Shown here piece by piece: positions 34,982-45,806 of a stretch of 64,000 nucleotides of DNA. The notes beneath the pieces are model-generated. The model was not told the DNA's origin and ran no database searches. It worked only from the letters and a program-made list of their open reading frames with translations. Each line of letters starts with the position of its first letter. The stretch's first letter is position 1. Both the position numbers and the translations under genes were made by a program. Origin of the DNA: Terrimicrobiaceae bacterium (lineage in GTDB: Bacteria > Verrucomicrobiota > Verrucomicrobiia > Chthoniobacterales > Terrimicrobiaceae); assembly GCA_044342325.1 (NCBI GenBank), contig JBIIPZ010000001.1:1-64000 (forward strand). Direction: 5' to 3'.

Positions 34982-36172
34982 ATGCCCCGCCTGCGATTCG
35001 TGTTGAGTCCGCTTATGTTTGATCTTCGTGCATGCCTCGTCTGGCTGCTGGCTTTGGTGGCTTTACCCTTGCCGGTCCTTTGCACCGAACCCGCTGAGGC
35101 TCCTGCGGCAAAGATTCAGGCCCCTTCGCCCGATGCTCCTGAGCGCATCGAACTCTGCCGCGTTCAGATTTTTTTGGACCGCGCCGGTTTTCGTCCCGGG
35201 AAAATTGACGGCCTCGGCGGGGAGTTCACCCAGAAGGCGGCTGACCGCTACTGCGATTCGCTCGGTGTGCCACGCGGAACCATTCTGGATGTTTCTTCCG
35301 TGACGGCTCCCTATCGCGACTATGTGATCTCGGAGGAGGATGCGCAGTGGGTCGGTCCGTTCGCCTCCCAGCCAGCCCAGCAGGCCAAACTCAAATCCCT
35401 CAAATACGCTACGCTCTGGGAGGCTATCGCCGAGCGGTTCCATTGTGACCAGAAGTTTCTCGTCGAGCTGAATCCTCAAGTCACCGAGCCCGCCGTCGGC
35501 ACTGTCGTCCGAGTTCCTGATGTGAAGGAGTTCCGGATGTCGGATGTCAAAGCTCTCGAAAAAGAACGCGCCTCAAAGACTAAGTCTCCCGCCACTCTCG
35601 CCATCGCGGCGACCCTTCCTCCACCCCCGCCGCCTTTGCCTTTGGCTTTGCCTGCTTCCTATGACCTGTCAAAGCCTATCCAACCTTCGCCCATTGAGCA
35701 GGCGCCCTTGTCGACTCCTTCACCGACTCCAACGCCTGAACCCACTCCAGTAGCCGCTCCCGAGCCTAAGCGCTCCATCGTCCTCCTCCGCAGCGAGCGC
35801 CTGATTGAGCTTTACGAGGATGGTCGCATCGTCGCCTGTTTCCCCTGCACGCCGGGTTCGGCAAAAATCCCCGTGCCCTTGGGGAAATGGAAGATCACCA
35901 GTAATATCCTGCTTCCACATTTTCGTTGGGACAAATCGGTCCTCGAGACCGGCGTCCGCAGCGAGAATGCCTTCCTGCTTCCTCCCGGTCCGAACAGTCC
36001 GGTCGGCATCGTTTGGATGGGAATCAACCGTCCGAGTATCGGCATGCACGGCACGAATACCCCCGACCGTATCGGACGAAATGAAAGCAGTGGCTGCATC
36101 CGCCTCGCAAACTGGGACGCTTTCACCCTCTGCCAGCTTGCGAAAGCAGGCACACCGGTCGAGGTGCGCTGA
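34982..36172 (+). CDS. L,D-transpeptidase (YkuD domain) with PG-binding region and Pro-rich linker
   Basis: PPGPNSPVG and GMHGT...SSGCIRL motifs; QIFLDRAGF.PGKIDG at the N-terminus. Start uncertain. Confidence 0.9.
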   Translation: MPRLRFVLSPLMFDLRACLVWLLALVALPLPVLCTEPAEAPAAKIQAPSPDAPERIELCRVQIFLDRAGFRPGKIDGLGGEFTQKAADRYCDSLGVPRGTILDVSSVTAPYRDYVISEEDAQWVGPFASQPAQQAKLKSLKYATLWEAIAERFHCDQKFLVELNPQVTEPAVGTVVRVPDVKEFRMSDVKALEKERASKTKSPATLAIAATLPPPPPPLPLALPASYDLSKPIQPSPIEQAPLSTPSPTPTPEPTPVAAPEPKRSIVLLRSERLIELYEDGRIVACFPCTPGSAKIPVPLGKWKITSNILLPHFRWDKSVLETGVRSENAFLLPPGPNSPVGIVWMGINRPSIGMHGTNTPDRIGRNESSGCIRLANWDAFTLCQLAKAGTPVEVR

Positions 36173-36174
36173 TT

Positions 36175-37011
36175 TTATTTCTTGGGTAGGACGATTTCGA
36201 GACGGCCGTTCTTGTATTCCATCTTGAGTTCCTCGCCGCGCACCGGCCCGGGCAGTGTCATGGATTGAGTCGATGAGCCGGAGCTGAAGGCGGTCGCTCC
36301 GCCTGCCGCAGACTGTTTCTCATGCCTCGAGGTGATGGTGACCGCGCGCTCGTTGTCCACATTCACGCTCACATTGCGGGCCTGCTCCTCGGGAATAGCG
36401 GATGTGAGAAGATAAGCGTCGCCTCGGTCTTCGAGTTTGAATCCAGAACCCGCCGTCTTGCTTTGCAACTGCGGAGCGATACTCCCGAGGAGGCTGCCGA
36501 AGAGATCCTGCGCAGCAGGCGCTGCGCCGGCGGTGGGAGCGTCTTCCTGGTTCATTTGCTGAAGCATGTTCGCCGCTTGCGAGAGCACTTGATCGCGTAG
36601 CGCATCGAATCCTGCATCCAGCGGAATCCGCGCCGGAAGGGCCATGCCGCCGACGGATGCAGCCGGCTCGCCTTTGGGGATTGAAATAACAAGCTGCCCA
36701 TCTGCTCTTTTGATGCCGAGCGCGGCGTCCGCTTGCGCCTTGGGCAGCGCGATGCGCTGTTCGTAACGCACGCCGCCCTCTGAGGCGCCGGAGTCCAGAA
36801 TCAAGGTGGATCCAGCAAGACGCACATTCACATCCGTCATCTCAGGAACTCCGACTCGAACGGAGTAGGCCGAAGTTTCCTCCCGGACATCCACAGAGGA
36901 GTTCAGAATCGGCTTGGCGGAGTCTGCGGCGGAAAGCCCGGTGGGGGCGGTAAAAAAAATTGCCAACGCCAGTGGCGCGGCGAGGAGAGTGGATTTAGTC
37001 ATGCGTTTCAT
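36175..37011 (-). CDS. Exported protein with two Hsp20/alpha-crystallin-like domains
   Basis: Signal peptide. VDVREE..AY.V...VP...YEQRIALP...DGQLVISIPK and LEDRGDAY...QSMTLPGPV...YKNGRLEIVLPK. Confidence 0.75.
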   Translation of the reverse strand: MKRMTKSTLLAAPLALAIFFTAPTGLSAADSAKPILNSSVDVREETSAYSVRVGVPEMTDVNVRLAGSTLILDSGASEGGVRYEQRIALPKAQADAALGIKRADGQLVISIPKGEPAASVGGMALPARIPLDAGFDALRDQVLSQAANMLQQMNQEDAPTAGAAPAAQDLFGSLLGSIAPQLQSKTAGSGFKLEDRGDAYLLTSAIPEEQARNVSVNVDNERAVTITSRHEKQSAAGGATAFSSGSSTQSMTLPGPVRGEELKMEYKNGRLEIVLPKK

Positions 37012-37052
37012 TGGGCTTTGCTCAGAAAAAGACAAGTGACCGCCGGGTTTGT

Positions 37053-37403
37053 TCAATCAAGTTGCGCCTTGGATTTTGAAAAGACGACCAGCGTCCATCC
37101 GGCGAGCAACAGTAGGCCGCCTATAGGTGTGACCGCTCCCAGCCAGCGGATATTCGTCACAGCGAGAATATAGAGGGATCCCGAGAATATGATGACTCCC
37201 GCCGTCCAAAGCCAGACAGGCGAGGGACGCCTCTCTGCAGCCCAAAGCGCTGCGACGGCGTGGAGGAGGTGGTAGAGAACGGCTGTTTGCCAGATGGAGG
37301 CCGTGTCATTTGCCGCGAGAATGTTTTTGAGCCCGTGCGCCCCGAAGGCTCCCAGTGCGACTCCTATGAAACCCAGCACGCCTGCCACCTTTGTTGTGAT
37401 CAT
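37053..37403 (-). CDS. DUF423 (TMEM256/YgdD) membrane protein
   Basis: GAFGAHGL, TAVLYHLLH, FSGSLY and GAVTPIGG motifs. Confidence 0.9.
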   Translation of the reverse strand: MITTKVAGVLGFIGVALGAFGAHGLKNILAANDTASIWQTAVLYHLLHAVAALWAAERRPSPVWLWTAGVIIFSGSLYILAVTNIRWLGAVTPIGGLLLLAGWTLVVFSKSKAQLD

Positions 37404-37451
37404 GTCCGGCATGCTTGCACGAAAACCCATGCCGCGACAATATCCCGCCGT

Positions 37452-39299
37452 ATGGGATCGCTCCTCCTCGGTATTCTCTGCGCAACGCTCCTCTGCTATT
37501 GGCTGGGAGCGCGATATTACAGCCGCTTTATCGAGCGGGCACTTGGAGTGGACCCGTCCCGCCCGACAGCTGCCGTTCTCAAAAATGACGGCTCCGATTT
37601 CCTGCCAACCAAGTCCTACATTCTCTTCGCCCACCATTTCGCCGCCATCGCCGGTGCGGGGCCAATCGTGGGACCCACGCTAGCTGTCGTTTACGGCTAC
37701 CTGCCTGCCCTCGTCTGGATCGTCATAGGTGCCACGCTCATGGGCGGCGTCCATGATATGGTGACGCTTTTTATTTCCACACGCGAGGAGGGGCGCTCCG
37801 TGGCCGATATAGCCCGGCAGTATCTGGGGCCGTTTGGTTATGTCTGTATCGTGAGTTTTCTTGTGATCGGGCTCTTCATGATCACAGCCACATTTTTGAA
37901 TCTCAGCGTCACCGCCCTCACGAGCATGTATCCGGCTGAGAAGCTCGGAATGGAGCCCGCCGCCCGTGCAGAGTTGGACGCCGCGATGCAGTTGCCCGCC
38001 GACCACATGGGTATGCACCCTTTCCATCAGGGTGGGGGACTGCCTACAGCTGTGGCTTTGAAAGACGGCCAGCCCGTTCTGTTGGCGCGGATCGGCGGCA
38101 TTGCATCCACTAGCGTTCTTTTTATAACGCTCTGCGCTCCCTTGCTCGGGCTCCTCATTTACCGCCTCCACACTCCGGCTTGGATGAACTACGCGATCGC
38201 CTCGCTTCTGTGTGGGGCCTCAGTTGTTCTGGGTCTGTATTTTCCGATTGTCGTCACGCCGGATGTCTGGCGCTTGCTAATGACATTTTATGTCATCCTG
38301 GCCTCCGCAATTCCTGTCTGGCTGCTCCTCATGCCGAGGGATTTTGTGAATGTGCAAATCCTCTACGCAGGCTTGCTGGCAGTCGTGCTTGGACTCGTCA
38401 TTGCCGGCGTGAGTGGAAACTTTGCCTCCATCCCGGCCGCACCGCAAAATCTGGCAGAGGTCATTCCCGCATGGAGTCTGGACAGCGGCCTTCAGTATGT
38501 CGGCGTCCTCTGGCCCATGCTTTTCATCACGGTTTCCTGCGGGGCGATCAGCGGTTTTCATTGCCTGGTTTCAAGCGGCACAACGGCACGCCAACTCGCC
38601 TGCGAGCGCCATGCCGGCAAGGTGGGCTACAATGCCATGTTGCTTGAGTCTTTGCTGGCGGTCTCGATCATCCTCACGCTTTTGATTGGCTTGGATTGGC
38701 AGAGTTACCTGCAGATCACCTACACGGAGAAAAATCCCGTTCTCGCGATCTCTCTCGCGACGGGAAGCCTCGTGAATCTCGCATTCGGCCTCCCTGTCTG
38801 GAGTGGCACGGTGCTGGGTATTTTGCTCTTGGAGGGGTTTGTGGTCACCACCCTCGATGTGGCGGTGCGCCTGAATCGGTATCTACTCGAGGAAGTCTGG
38901 CGATTTCTTTTCCGTAACCCACCAGCGATTCTGCGCGGTGTCTGGTTCAATACGCTCCTCTGCGCCGGTGTTATGTTTCTGCTGTCGCGCTCGAACAGCC
39001 TGCCTGTGCTGTGGCAGGTCTTCGGTTCGGCGAATCAAATGATGGGCGCCATGGCGTTGTTGGTCGCCGCCGTGTGGCTTCGCGATCATGGACGGCGGAC
39101 TCTCTTTGTGCTCATCCCGGCCATTCTCATGTTCGCCACCACATTCGCCTCGACGGGGCTCTCACTCATAAAAAATTTCCGCGAGTCGAATTGGGAGCTC
39201 GTTGCGGCCTGTGGAATCCTGATCGTGCTGGGCATCTGCACCGCCTTCATCGGTGCACGGAAACTCCTCACGCCACCTCGCAGCATCCAAAGCGTCTGA
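37452..39299 (+). CDS. cstA: Carbon starvation protein A family transporter
   Basis: HHFAAIAGAGPIVGP and CGAISGFHCL motifs. Confidence 0.92.
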   Translation: MGSLLLGILCATLLCYWLGARYYSRFIERALGVDPSRPTAAVLKNDGSDFLPTKSYILFAHHFAAIAGAGPIVGPTLAVVYGYLPALVWIVIGATLMGGVHDMVTLFISTREEGRSVADIARQYLGPFGYVCIVSFLVIGLFMITATFLNLSVTALTSMYPAEKLGMEPAARAELDAAMQLPADHMGMHPFHQGGGLPTAVALKDGQPVLLARIGGIASTSVLFITLCAPLLGLLIYRLHTPAWMNYAIASLLCGASVVLGLYFPIVVTPDVWRLLMTFYVILASAIPVWLLLMPRDFVNVQILYAGLLAVVLGLVIAGVSGNFASIPAAPQNLAEVIPAWSLDSGLQYVGVLWPMLFITVSCGAISGFHCLVSSGTTARQLACERHAGKVGYNAMLLESLLAVSIILTLLIGLDWQSYLQITYTEKNPVLAISLATGSLVNLAFGLPVWSGTVLGILLLEGFVVTTLDVAVRLNRYLLEEVWRFLFRNPPAILRGVWFNTLLCAGVMFLLSRSNSLPVLWQVFGSANQMMGAMALLVAAVWLRDHGRRTLFVLIPAILMFATTFASTGLSLIKNFRESNWELVAACGILIVLGICTAFIGARKLLTPPRSIQSV

Positions 39300-39313
39300 G
39301 CGCCGCAGAGATC

Positions 39314-39676
39314 TTACTCGCCGCGATAGCTGCAGCGGGCGAACGGAGTTTCGTGAATCACGATCTCGGCGAGCCCCGGCAGTTGGGGTGAGAGTTTCTT
39401 CCAAAGCCAGCCAGCCATCATTTCAATCGTGGGATTTTCGAGTCCGGGGACATCGTTCAGATAGCTGTGGTCGAGTTCCTCGATGATTGGCTTCATCGCG
39501 GCGCTGATGAGAGCGTGGTCGTAGAGCCAGCCAGTCTCGGGATTCACTTCGCCTTCGACGGAAATTTCGATCGTGAAGGTATGGCCGTGCAGCCTCGCGC
39601 ACTTGTGACCGGCGGGCACTTTCGTGAGGCTTTGGGCGGCTTCGAGAATGAAATCTTTGGTGAGACGGACTTTCAT
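39314..39676 (-). CDS. queD: 6-carboxytetrahydropterin synthase
   Basis: CARLHGH, LDHSYLND, ENPT.E and ET motifs. Confidence 0.93.
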   Translation of the reverse strand: MKVRLTKDFILEAAQSLTKVPAGHKCARLHGHTFTIEISVEGEVNPETGWLYDHALISAAMKPIIEELDHSYLNDVPGLENPTIEMMAGWLWKKLSPQLPGLAEIVIHETPFARCSYRGE

Positions 39677-39797
39677 GGCGGTGTGTTATACCGAGGCCGC
39701 CCGTGTATCCCAATTTAATTTCGCGATGACTTTCTCCTTGCCCTCGCGCCCTCTGAGTGAGACCTTTTCCGCCTTCATTAACAAAACGAAATAACAA

Positions 39798-40061
39798 ATG
39801 GCAAAAGCAGCAGTAGTTAACGGGGCGGATTCCCTTCGCCTTCACGAAAAAGACACCGGCAGCGCGGACGTTCAGATCGCGCTCCTTACTAAACGAATCA
39901 GCTCACTCACCGAGCACTTGAAAGTCAATGCGAAGGATCATGCATCCCGCCGTGGCTTGCTCAAGCTCGTCGCCACACGGCGCAGTTTGCTTGATTACCT
40001 CAAGCGCACGGCTTCAAGCCGCTACGCGACGGTGCTTGAGAAATTGGACCTTCGCAAGTAA
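39798..40061 (+). CDS. rpsO: 30S ribosomal protein S15
   Basis: [13 protein letters not shown] and KDHASRRGL motifs. Confidence 0.97.
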   Translation: MAKAAVVNGADSLRLHEKDTGSADVQIALLTKRISSLTEHLKVNAKDHASRRGLLKLVATRRSLLDYLKRTASSRYATVLEKLDLRK

Positions 40062-40077
40062 CGCGACTTCCTCACTC

Positions 40078-40105
40078 AAAGCCCCGTTTATCAGCGGGGC
40101 TTTTT
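40078..40105 (+). terminator. Terminator after rpsO
   Basis: AAAGCCCCG-tttatcag-CGGGGCTTTTT. Confidence 0.8.
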
Positions 40106-40157
40106 CCTAAAATCCGCCCGCCAACTTCTGGCGGGCACTTACGCAATTATATATAAT

Positions 40158-42287
40158 ATGTCCCATACCACTACAGCCCAAGCGGGCTCCTCACCCATCA
40201 TTTTTGAATCCGGCAAACTCGCGAAACTCGCTGACGGCGCCGTAACTGTCCGCTGCGGCGACACAATCGTGATCGTCACAGCCGTCTCGGCTACCACCAT
40301 CAAGGAAGGCCAAGATTTCTTCCCGCTCACCGTCGAATACAAGGAAAAGGCCGCAGCAGTCGGAAAATTCCCCGGCGGTTACTTCAAGCGCGAAGGCCGT
40401 CCCACCGAGAAGGAAATCCTCACCGCCCGCATGACCGACCGTCCTCTGCGTCCGCTCTTCCCCAAGGGCTACCTCTACGACACTCAGATCATCACGCTCC
40501 TCTTGAGTGCGGATGGTCAAAATGACCCTGACATGCTCTCGATCAACGGTGCCTCCGCCGCGCTTTGCGTTTCGGACATTCCGTTCGCAGGCCCCGTCGG
40601 CGCCGTTCGCGTCGGCCGCATCAATGGCGAGTTCGTCATCAACCCGACCCACTCCGACCGCGAGCACAGCGACCTCGACCTCGTCTATGTCGGCGATGGT
40701 GAGAAGGTCATCATGATCGAAGGCGCCGCCACAGAACTTCCCGAAGCGGAGTTCAACAAAGCCCTCGACTTCGCCCGCGACGCCGTGCGCGTCATTGTTC
40801 AAGCTCAGCGCGACCTCGCCGCAGCAGTTGGCAAAGCCAAACGCAGCGTGCCACTCTTCTCGGTTGCCGACTCGATCTCCGAAGTCGCCTACCAAGTCGC
40901 AGGCGACCGCATCGAATCCGCCATCTACACATCCGGCAAAGTGGCCCGCAGCAAAGCCATCGGCACTCTCCGCGAGGAAGTCGAAAAAGCCGTGCTCGAA
41001 AAATTCCCGACCGCCTCGAAATTCGAAATTTCCCAGGCCTTCGATTACCTGCAGAAAAAAGCCTTCCGCGTCAGCATTCTGGATCGCCAAAAGCGCTGCG
41101 ACGGTCGCGGATTTCATGACCTCCGCCCGCTCTCCGGCGAGGCTGGTCTTCTTCCCCGCACGCACGGTTCGGCCCTCTTCGCCCGTGGCGAAACCCAAGC
41201 CCTCGGCATCGCCACCCTCGCTCCGGCTGAGGAAGCTCAGATGATCGACTGCTACGGCGGTGGACCCGACACGAAGCGCTTCATGCTTCACTACAACTTC
41301 CCGCCCTTCAGCGTGGGTGAGACCGGCCGTTTCGGTGGTCAAAACCGCCGCGAAATCGGCCACGGCGCTCTTGCCGAGCGTTCGATCGAGGCAGTCATCC
41401 CAAGCGAAAAAGACTTCCCATACGCACTCCGCGTCGTCAGCGAGGTGATGGAATCTAACGGTTCCACCTCCATGGCCAGCGTGTGCGCGGGCGTTCTTGC
41501 CCTCATGGACGCAGGCGTGCCACTCAAGGCCCCTGTCGCCGGCATCTCCGTCGGTCTCGTGACCGAATACGAAGGCGAAACCCTGAAGCGCTACACCACT
41601 CTTACCGACATCATCGGCAGTGAAGACCACTTCGGTGACATGGATTTCAAACTCTGTGGAACATCCGAAGGCGTCACAGGCTTCCAGCTTGACCTCAAGC
41701 TCCCCGGCATCTCCCACGAGATCATGTTTGAGGCCGTCGCCGAGGCAAAGACCTCGCGCACGAAAATCCTTGATGTGATGAACGGCATCCTTGCCGCACC
41801 ACGCTCCGAGTTGAGCCAATACGCGCCACGCATCGAAACCATCCGCATCAACCCCGACAAAATCGGTCTCATCATTGGACCAGGCGGCAAAACGATCAAA
41901 GGCATCGTTGCCGAGACAGGTGCCGAGATCAATATCGAGGACGACGGAGCCGTGCACATCTACTCCAACAATGGCGACAGCCTGAAACGCGCCAAGGAAA
42001 TCATCCTCGGTATGACCAAGGAAATCTCCATCGGCGAACTCTACCAAGGCACAGTCGTATCCATTAAGGAATTCGGCGCCTTCGTCGAAGTCCTGCCAGG
42101 CAAAGACGGTCTCTGCCACATCTCCGAACTCGCCGACTTCCGTGTGAACAAAGTCGAAGATGTCGTGAAAATGGGCGACTCCATCTGGGTCAAATGCATC
42201 GGCGTCGATGACAAAGGCCGCGTCAAACTCAGTCGCAAGGCAGCCATGAAAGACCGCGACGAAGCCGCCGCCGCTCCTCAAGCCTAA
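40158..42287 (+). CDS. pnp: Polyribonucleotide nucleotidyltransferase
   Basis: [15 protein letters not shown] and ESNGSTSMA motifs; KH and S1 domains. Confidence 0.98.
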   Translation: MSHTTTAQAGSSPIIFESGKLAKLADGAVTVRCGDTIVIVTAVSATTIKEGQDFFPLTVEYKEKAAAVGKFPGGYFKREGRPTEKEILTARMTDRPLRPLFPKGYLYDTQIITLLLSADGQNDPDMLSINGASAALCVSDIPFAGPVGAVRVGRINGEFVINPTHSDREHSDLDLVYVGDGEKVIMIEGAATELPEAEFNKALDFARDAVRVIVQAQRDLAAAVGKAKRSVPLFSVADSISEVAYQVAGDRIESAIYTSGKVARSKAIGTLREEVEKAVLEKFPTASKFEISQAFDYLQKKAFRVSILDRQKRCDGRGFHDLRPLSGEAGLLPRTHGSALFARGETQALGIATLAPAEEAQMIDCYGGGPDTKRFMLHYNFPPFSVGETGRFGGQNRREIGHGALAERSIEAVIPSEKDFPYALRVVSEVMESNGSTSMASVCAGVLALMDAGVPLKAPVAGISVGLVTEYEGETLKRYTTLTDIIGSEDHFGDMDFKLCGTSEGVTGFQLDLKLPGISHEIMFEAVAEAKTSRTKILDVMNGILAAPRSELSQYAPRIETIRINPDKIGLIIGPGGKTIKGIVAETGAEINIEDDGAVHIYSNNGDSLKRAKEIILGMTKEISIGELYQGTVVSIKEFGAFVEVLPGKDGLCHISELADFRVNKVEDVVKMGDSIWVKCIGVDDKGRVKLSRKAAMKDRDEAAAAPQA

Positions 42288-42309
42288 GCAGCATCACAAA
42301 TCAAAAGAC

Positions 42310-42343
42310 AGGGGCTCCCGCAACCGGGAGCCCCTTTTCTTTT
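42310..42343 (+). terminator. Terminator after pnp
   Basis: AGGGGCTCCCG-caac-CGGGAGCCCCTTTTCTTT. Confidence 0.85.
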
Positions 42344-42420
42344 AAATCACGGTGACAGCCCGGCCCGTTGATCTCAATAAACGAGAGCCACAGTGTGCAA
42401 CAGCGCGGATTTGCGAGGGC

Positions 42421-43206
42421 TCAGGCCGATTTCAAAAACGCGGCGAGAGGGCTCGTGGCGGAGGCGTGATCGAGGCGCATGGGGAGTCCTGCTTCGTGGG
42501 CTTCGCGGGCGGCTTCGACGGTGGCTTTGAAGGCTCTTGCCATGCGCACGGGATCGTCGGCGGCGGCTATCGCTGTGTTCACGAGCACGGCATCAGCACC
42601 CATTTCCAAGGCCTCGGCGGCGTGGCTGGGCGCACCGATTCCGGCATCCACGACAACCGGAACGGTGGCTTGCTTGATGATGATTTCGATCTGCGAGCGG
42701 GTATCTAGTCCTCGGTTGCTGCCGATGGGAGAACCAAGCGGCATCACGGTGGCTGTGCCGACATCCTGAAGCCGCCGGGCCAGAACGGGGTCGGCATTGA
42801 TATAAGGCAGAACAGTGAATCCCTCCTTAACCAGAATCTCCGCAGCCGCAAGCGTCTCGATGGGGTCCGGAAGCAAATAATGCGGGTCGGGGTGAATCTC
42901 GAGCTTCACCCATTGAGGCAAGCCAGCCGCAGCGGCAAGTCGTGCCAACCGCACCGCCTCGTCCGCATTCATCGCTCCGCTGGTATTCGGCAGGAGTAGG
43001 TATTTTTTCGGATCGATAAAATCGAGGATGTTCGCGAAAGGGTCTTTCTTCCCGCTCAGATCGGCCCGCCGCAGCGCAACCGTCACGATCTCGCACCCGC
43101 TCGCGTCCAGCGCATCCCGCATCGTTTCGTTGGAAGAAAACTTGCCGGTTCCAAGAAGGAGTCGGGATGAAAACAAGCGGCCAGCGATGAGGAGTGGTTG
43201 AGTCAC
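42421..43206 (-). CDS. thiG: Thiazole synthase
   Basis: [20 protein letters not shown] and [12 protein letters not shown] motifs. Likely GTG start at 43206. Confidence 0.95.
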   Translation of the reverse strand: MTQPLLIAGRLFSSRLLLGTGKFSSNETMRDALDASGCEIVTVALRRADLSGKKDPFANILDFIDPKKYLLLPNTSGAMNADEAVRLARLAAAAGLPQWVKLEIHPDPHYLLPDPIETLAAAEILVKEGFTVLPYINADPVLARRLQDVGTATVMPLGSPIGSNRGLDTRSQIEIIIKQATVPVVVDAGIGAPSHAAEALEMGADAVLVNTAIAAADDPVRMARAFKATVEAAREAHEAGLPMRLDHASATSPLAAFLKSA

Positions 43207-43451
43207 AGTTAGTGCATGATGCAATCGGGCGGAATATCGCGCAAGCACAGGGTGCGACTCGTGCTGTTCCAGCCTGTTGCCTAATAGCACTCAAATCCGC
43301 TCAAACAATCCCTTCGGCAATCGATCCTGATTCCTGAAAAAAATTGCCCGCCGCCACAGGAAAAGCTGGAATGTAACCAATGGGCTTCCTCTTCTCTCAA
43401 ATTTCAACAATGCGCCACCGTTGAGCTGCTCTCTGACTTGAACACAGCGGC

Positions 43452-45803
43452 ATGAACAAAAAATCTCTTACTGAAGCCGACATTCGCACGAAGTTCATCC
43501 TGCCAGCGATTGTTTCCAGCAAGTGGGATGTGATGCTGCAGATTCGTGAAGAATCATATTTTACGAAGGGCCGAGTGATCGTTCGCGGCAAAAGGGTCAA
43601 ACGCGGCGAAGCCAAAAAGACCGATTTCATCCTCTCTTACAAACCCAACCTCCCCCTCGCGATTGTGGAGGCGAAGGACAACAACCACTCTGTCGGCGCC
43701 GGCATGAGCCAGGCGTTGGAATACGCCGAGATACTTGATGTCCCGTTCGCTTACAGCTCGAATGGCGATGCCTTCTTGGAGCACGACCGCACGGCTACTT
43801 CAGGGACTGTGACCCGCGAGATTCCCTTGGATCAGTTCCCGAGCCCCGAGGAGCTTTGGAGCCGCTACTGCGCGGCCAAAGGCTGGACTCAGGATGAGGT
43901 AAAGGTCGCCACGCAGGATTACTACGACGACGGTTCGCAGAAGTCCCCGCGCTACTACCAACTCAATGCGATCAACCGCACGGTCGAAGCCATTGCCAGA
44001 GGTCAAAAACGCTGCCTGCTCGTGATGGCCACCGGCACCGGCAAGACCTACACGGCATTCCAGATCATTTGGCGTCTTTGGAAATCCCGTGCGAAAAAAC
44101 GCATCCTCTTCCTCGTGGATCGCAACATCCTCGCCGACCAGACAAAGACGAACGACTTCAAGCCGTTCGGCCAGGCCATGACGAAAATCACGAACCGCAG
44201 GGTGGACAAATCGTTTGAGATTTATCTCAGCCTCTATCAGGCGGTGAGCGGCACCGAGGAAGAGCAGAATATCTACAAACAATTCTCGCCCGATTTCTTC
44301 GACCTCATCGTGGTGGACGAGTGCCACCGTGGCAGCGCCGCCGAGGACGCCGCCTGGCGCAAAATTTTGGAACACTTTTCCTCTGCCACGCAGATCGGCC
44401 TCACCGCCACTCCGAAGGAGACGAGGGACATCTCCAATATCGATTACTTCGGCGAGCCGATCTACTCCTACTCGCTCCGGCAGGGCATCGACGACGGGTT
44501 CCTTGCCCCCTACAAAGTCATCCGCATCGGCTTGGACAAAGACCTCGACGGCTGGCGTCCGGAGGACGGGCAACTCGATAAATACGGCCATGTCATCGAA
44601 GACCGTGAATACAACGCCCGCGATTTCGACCGGAATCTCATTCTCGAAAAACGCACCACCACCGTGGCGGCAAAAATCACCGAGTTTTTGAAAGCCACCG
44701 ACCGCTTCGCAAAAACCATCGTCTTCTGCGAAAACATCGATCACGCCGAGAGGATGCGGCAGGCGCTCGTGAATGCCAACCCCGACCTCGCCGCCGCCAA
44801 CAGCAAATATGTGATGAGGATCACGGGCGATAATGACGAGGGCAAAGCCCAACTCGACAATTTCATCGACCCCGAGTCACGCTATCCCGTCATCGCCTGC
44901 ACCTCCCGGCTCATGACCACCGGCGTCGATGCCCAGACCTGCCACCTCATCGTTCTCGATCGCGCCATCAACTCGATGACCGAGTTCAAGCAGATCATCG
45001 GCCGTGGCACTCGCATCAACGAGGACTACGGCAAGCTCTTCTTCACCATTATGGATTTCAAGCGCGCCACGGCGCTCTTTGCCGATCCAGACTTCGATGG
45101 TGACCCCGTTCAGATTTTCGAACCTGGCGAGGATGACCCCATTCAGCCTCCAGAGGGCGAGGAGTCCACCGGCGAGGAGATCGTTGACCCGCCTGGTGGC
45201 ATTTTCGTGGACCCACCTCCGACAGGTGCCACCCGATACTTCGTGCACAATGTCGAGGTCCGCGTCGCCACCGAGCGCGTCCAATATCTCGATGCGAATG
45301 GTAAGCTCATCACCGAGTCCCTGAAGGATTACTCGCGTAAAGCCGTTCGGGAATCCTACGCCTCGCTCGATTCCTTCCTTGCCGTCTGGAATGACGCCGA
45401 GAAAAAGCAGGCCATCATCGAGGAACTCTCTGCGCGCGGTGTCTTCTTCGACGAACTCGCCGAGCAGGTCGGCCGCGACTACGACGCTTTCGACCTCATC
45501 TGCCATGTGGCCTTCGACCAACCGCCCCTGACCCGCCGCGAGCGTGCTGAGAAAGTGAAGAAGCGCCATGTCTTCGCAAAGTATGGTGACAATGCCCGCA
45601 TGGTCCTCGATGCACTCCTCGCGAAGTATGCCGACACCGGCATCACCAGCATCGAATCCCTCGAAATCCTCAAAGTCGATCCCCTCACAGCGATTGGCAC
45701 CCCGCTGGAGATCGTTGGATTCTTCGGCGGCAAGCCGGCCTACCTCGCCGCCCTACAAGAACTCGAAACCGCCCTTTACCAACCATCCCAAGATGCCGCC
45801 TGA
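43452..45803 (+). CDS. hsdR: Type I restriction subunit (EcoAI/EcoEI-like)
   Basis: D...VEAK nuclease motif, MATGTGKT, DECH, LTATP, TTGVD and QIIGRGTR; EcoEI-like C-terminus. Confidence 0.95.
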   Translation: MNKKSLTEADIRTKFILPAIVSSKWDVMLQIREESYFTKGRVIVRGKRVKRGEAKKTDFILSYKPNLPLAIVEAKDNNHSVGAGMSQALEYAEILDVPFAYSSNGDAFLEHDRTATSGTVTREIPLDQFPSPEELWSRYCAAKGWTQDEVKVATQDYYDDGSQKSPRYYQLNAINRTVEAIARGQKRCLLVMATGTGKTYTAFQIIWRLWKSRAKKRILFLVDRNILADQTKTNDFKPFGQAMTKITNRRVDKSFEIYLSLYQAVSGTEEEQNIYKQFSPDFFDLIVVDECHRGSAAEDAAWRKILEHFSSATQIGLTATPKETRDISNIDYFGEPIYSYSLRQGIDDGFLAPYKVIRIGLDKDLDGWRPEDGQLDKYGHVIEDREYNARDFDRNLILEKRTTTVAAKITEFLKATDRFAKTIVFCENIDHAERMRQALVNANPDLAAANSKYVMRITGDNDEGKAQLDNFIDPESRYPVIACTSRLMTTGVDAQTCHLIVLDRAINSMTEFKQIIGRGTRINEDYGKLFFTIMDFKRATALFADPDFDGDPVQIFEPGEDDPIQPPEGEESTGEEIVDPPGGIFVDPPPTGATRYFVHNVEVRVATERVQYLDANGKLITESLKDYSRKAVRESYASLDSFLAVWNDAEKKQAIIEELSARGVFFDELAEQVGRDYDAFDLICHVAFDQPPLTRRERAEKVKKRHVFAKYGDNARMVLDALLAKYADTGITSIESLEILKVDPLTAIGTPLEIVGFFGGKPAYLAALQELETALYQPSQDAA

Positions 45804-45806
45804 CCC

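Noticed and set aside
43207..43451. TPP riboswitch upstream of thiG
   Set aside because: No CTGAGA...ACCTG core was found on the minus strand.
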